Under the pieces are notes generated by a model, which saw only the letters and a program-made list of their open reading frames with translations, searched no databases and was not told the DNA's origin. Shown here piece by piece: positions 63,076 to 64,000 of a stretch of DNA of 64,000 nt; position 1 is the first letter of the stretch; every line of letters begins with the position of its first letter. The translations under genes and the position numbers were made by a program. Source of the DNA: Octopus bimaculoides (lineage: Eukaryota). The stretch lies in assembly GCF_001194135.2 (NCBI RefSeq), contig NC_068998.1, forward strand, positions 48,517,215-48,581,214, read 5' to 3'.

Positions 63076-63569
63076 GATCTGTTATGTTAGAAGGGAAACA
63101 AAATTAGCTTTAACACAACTTCTATACGAATAATTTCAACTATTTGTCTGTCTGTGTGTTATTGTTGCAGTTGCTGTCATTGTGATCACTGTCTTTAAAA
63201 TTATTATTTTTTAGATTTTTTCAAAATATTTTTTCTTCGATTCATTAAAGCGTTCATTATTTTCTTCTTTTTGTTCACAGTGGTTTAATTTTTCTTGCTG
63301 TGCTTTTTCACCCTGTTTGCTGTTGCAATATTTTGCTTTGTACAACGGGCATATCTGTCAGAAAATTTTAAATGTGTACAAAGTCTATAAAAGCAAACCT
63401 TTTGGCGTCCACCCTTAGGTATCAGAGCAGGTCAGCCTGAGGGAATTAAAATCCACTTTGGCAAGTACTTCACAGACATTTTAGCTGTGTCTTTGAGAGA
63501 GAAGAAAAGAAAAAGATACTTTCATACAATGAGAGTCAATGACACTATGACTAACTGTTTCTTCTAGCA

Positions 63570-63769
63570 ATGGAAGAGGTGGGGTTTTAATAATTACATC
63601 AACCCCAGTACCTAACTGCTATTTTATTTTATTGACCCCAGAAAGAAAGAAAGTAGTAGATCTTGGCATCATCTGAGCTCAGACCATAAAGGGCTAGAAC
63701 AAACAATACAAAGTATTTTGTCCAATGCTCAACTGATCTTGTCAATTCATCACCCAAATAATAATAATG

Positions 63770-63810
<41 letters not shown>

Positions 63811-64000
63811 CTTTTCTGCTGTAGGTGCAAGGCCTGGAATTTACATCAACCCCAGGGCATAACCAGCACTTATTTCATTGACCCCAGAAGGAAGAACGGC
63901 AAAGTCGACCTCAGCAAAATTTGAACTCAGACTTTAAGGATGGACAAAATGTGGTGAAGCATTTTGCCTGGAATGCTAATAATTCTGCCAGCTTGCCACC
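63570..64000 (-). mobile_element. Two family A SINE copies separated by (AAT)n
   Basis: attgacccc...aaagtcgacctcagcaaaatttgaactcagac...gctaataattctgccagcttgccacc. Confidence 0.78.

Overview
This is AT-rich, microsatellite-dense eukaryotic DNA with 19 N-gaps totalling roughly 8.5 kb, most of them bordered by simple repeats. The SINE/LINE content suggests a cephalopod, probably Octopus; this is inference from recalled repeat families. Only one protein-coding feature is firmly identifiable: a 101-nt minus-strand exon (1791-1891) of type I inositol-polyphosphate 5-phosphatase (INPP5A), bounded by canonical splice sites. The other ~62 kb is upstream or intronic to that exon. It holds several tRNA-derived SINE families, many 5'-truncated RTE-type LINE 3' ends, decayed RTE and L1/Tx1 ORF2 fragments, a hAT MITE and several minisatellites. 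The most interesting observations are: (1) four dispersed minimal hammerhead-ribozyme-like motifs of the Penelope type, whose core deviations are mostly CpG decay; (2) a cluster of splice-bounded, CpG-retaining blocks at 12.8-14.7 kb and a promoter/first-exon-like block at 38.0-38.5 kb, which may be an unannotated gene or the INPP5A 5' region; (3) in-window evidence of modular SINE head/body swapping; (4) a spacer-less 74-bp palindrome. Long ORFs in the supplied track are mostly gap or microsatellite artefacts. There is no CRISPR array, rRNA or genuine tRNA gene.
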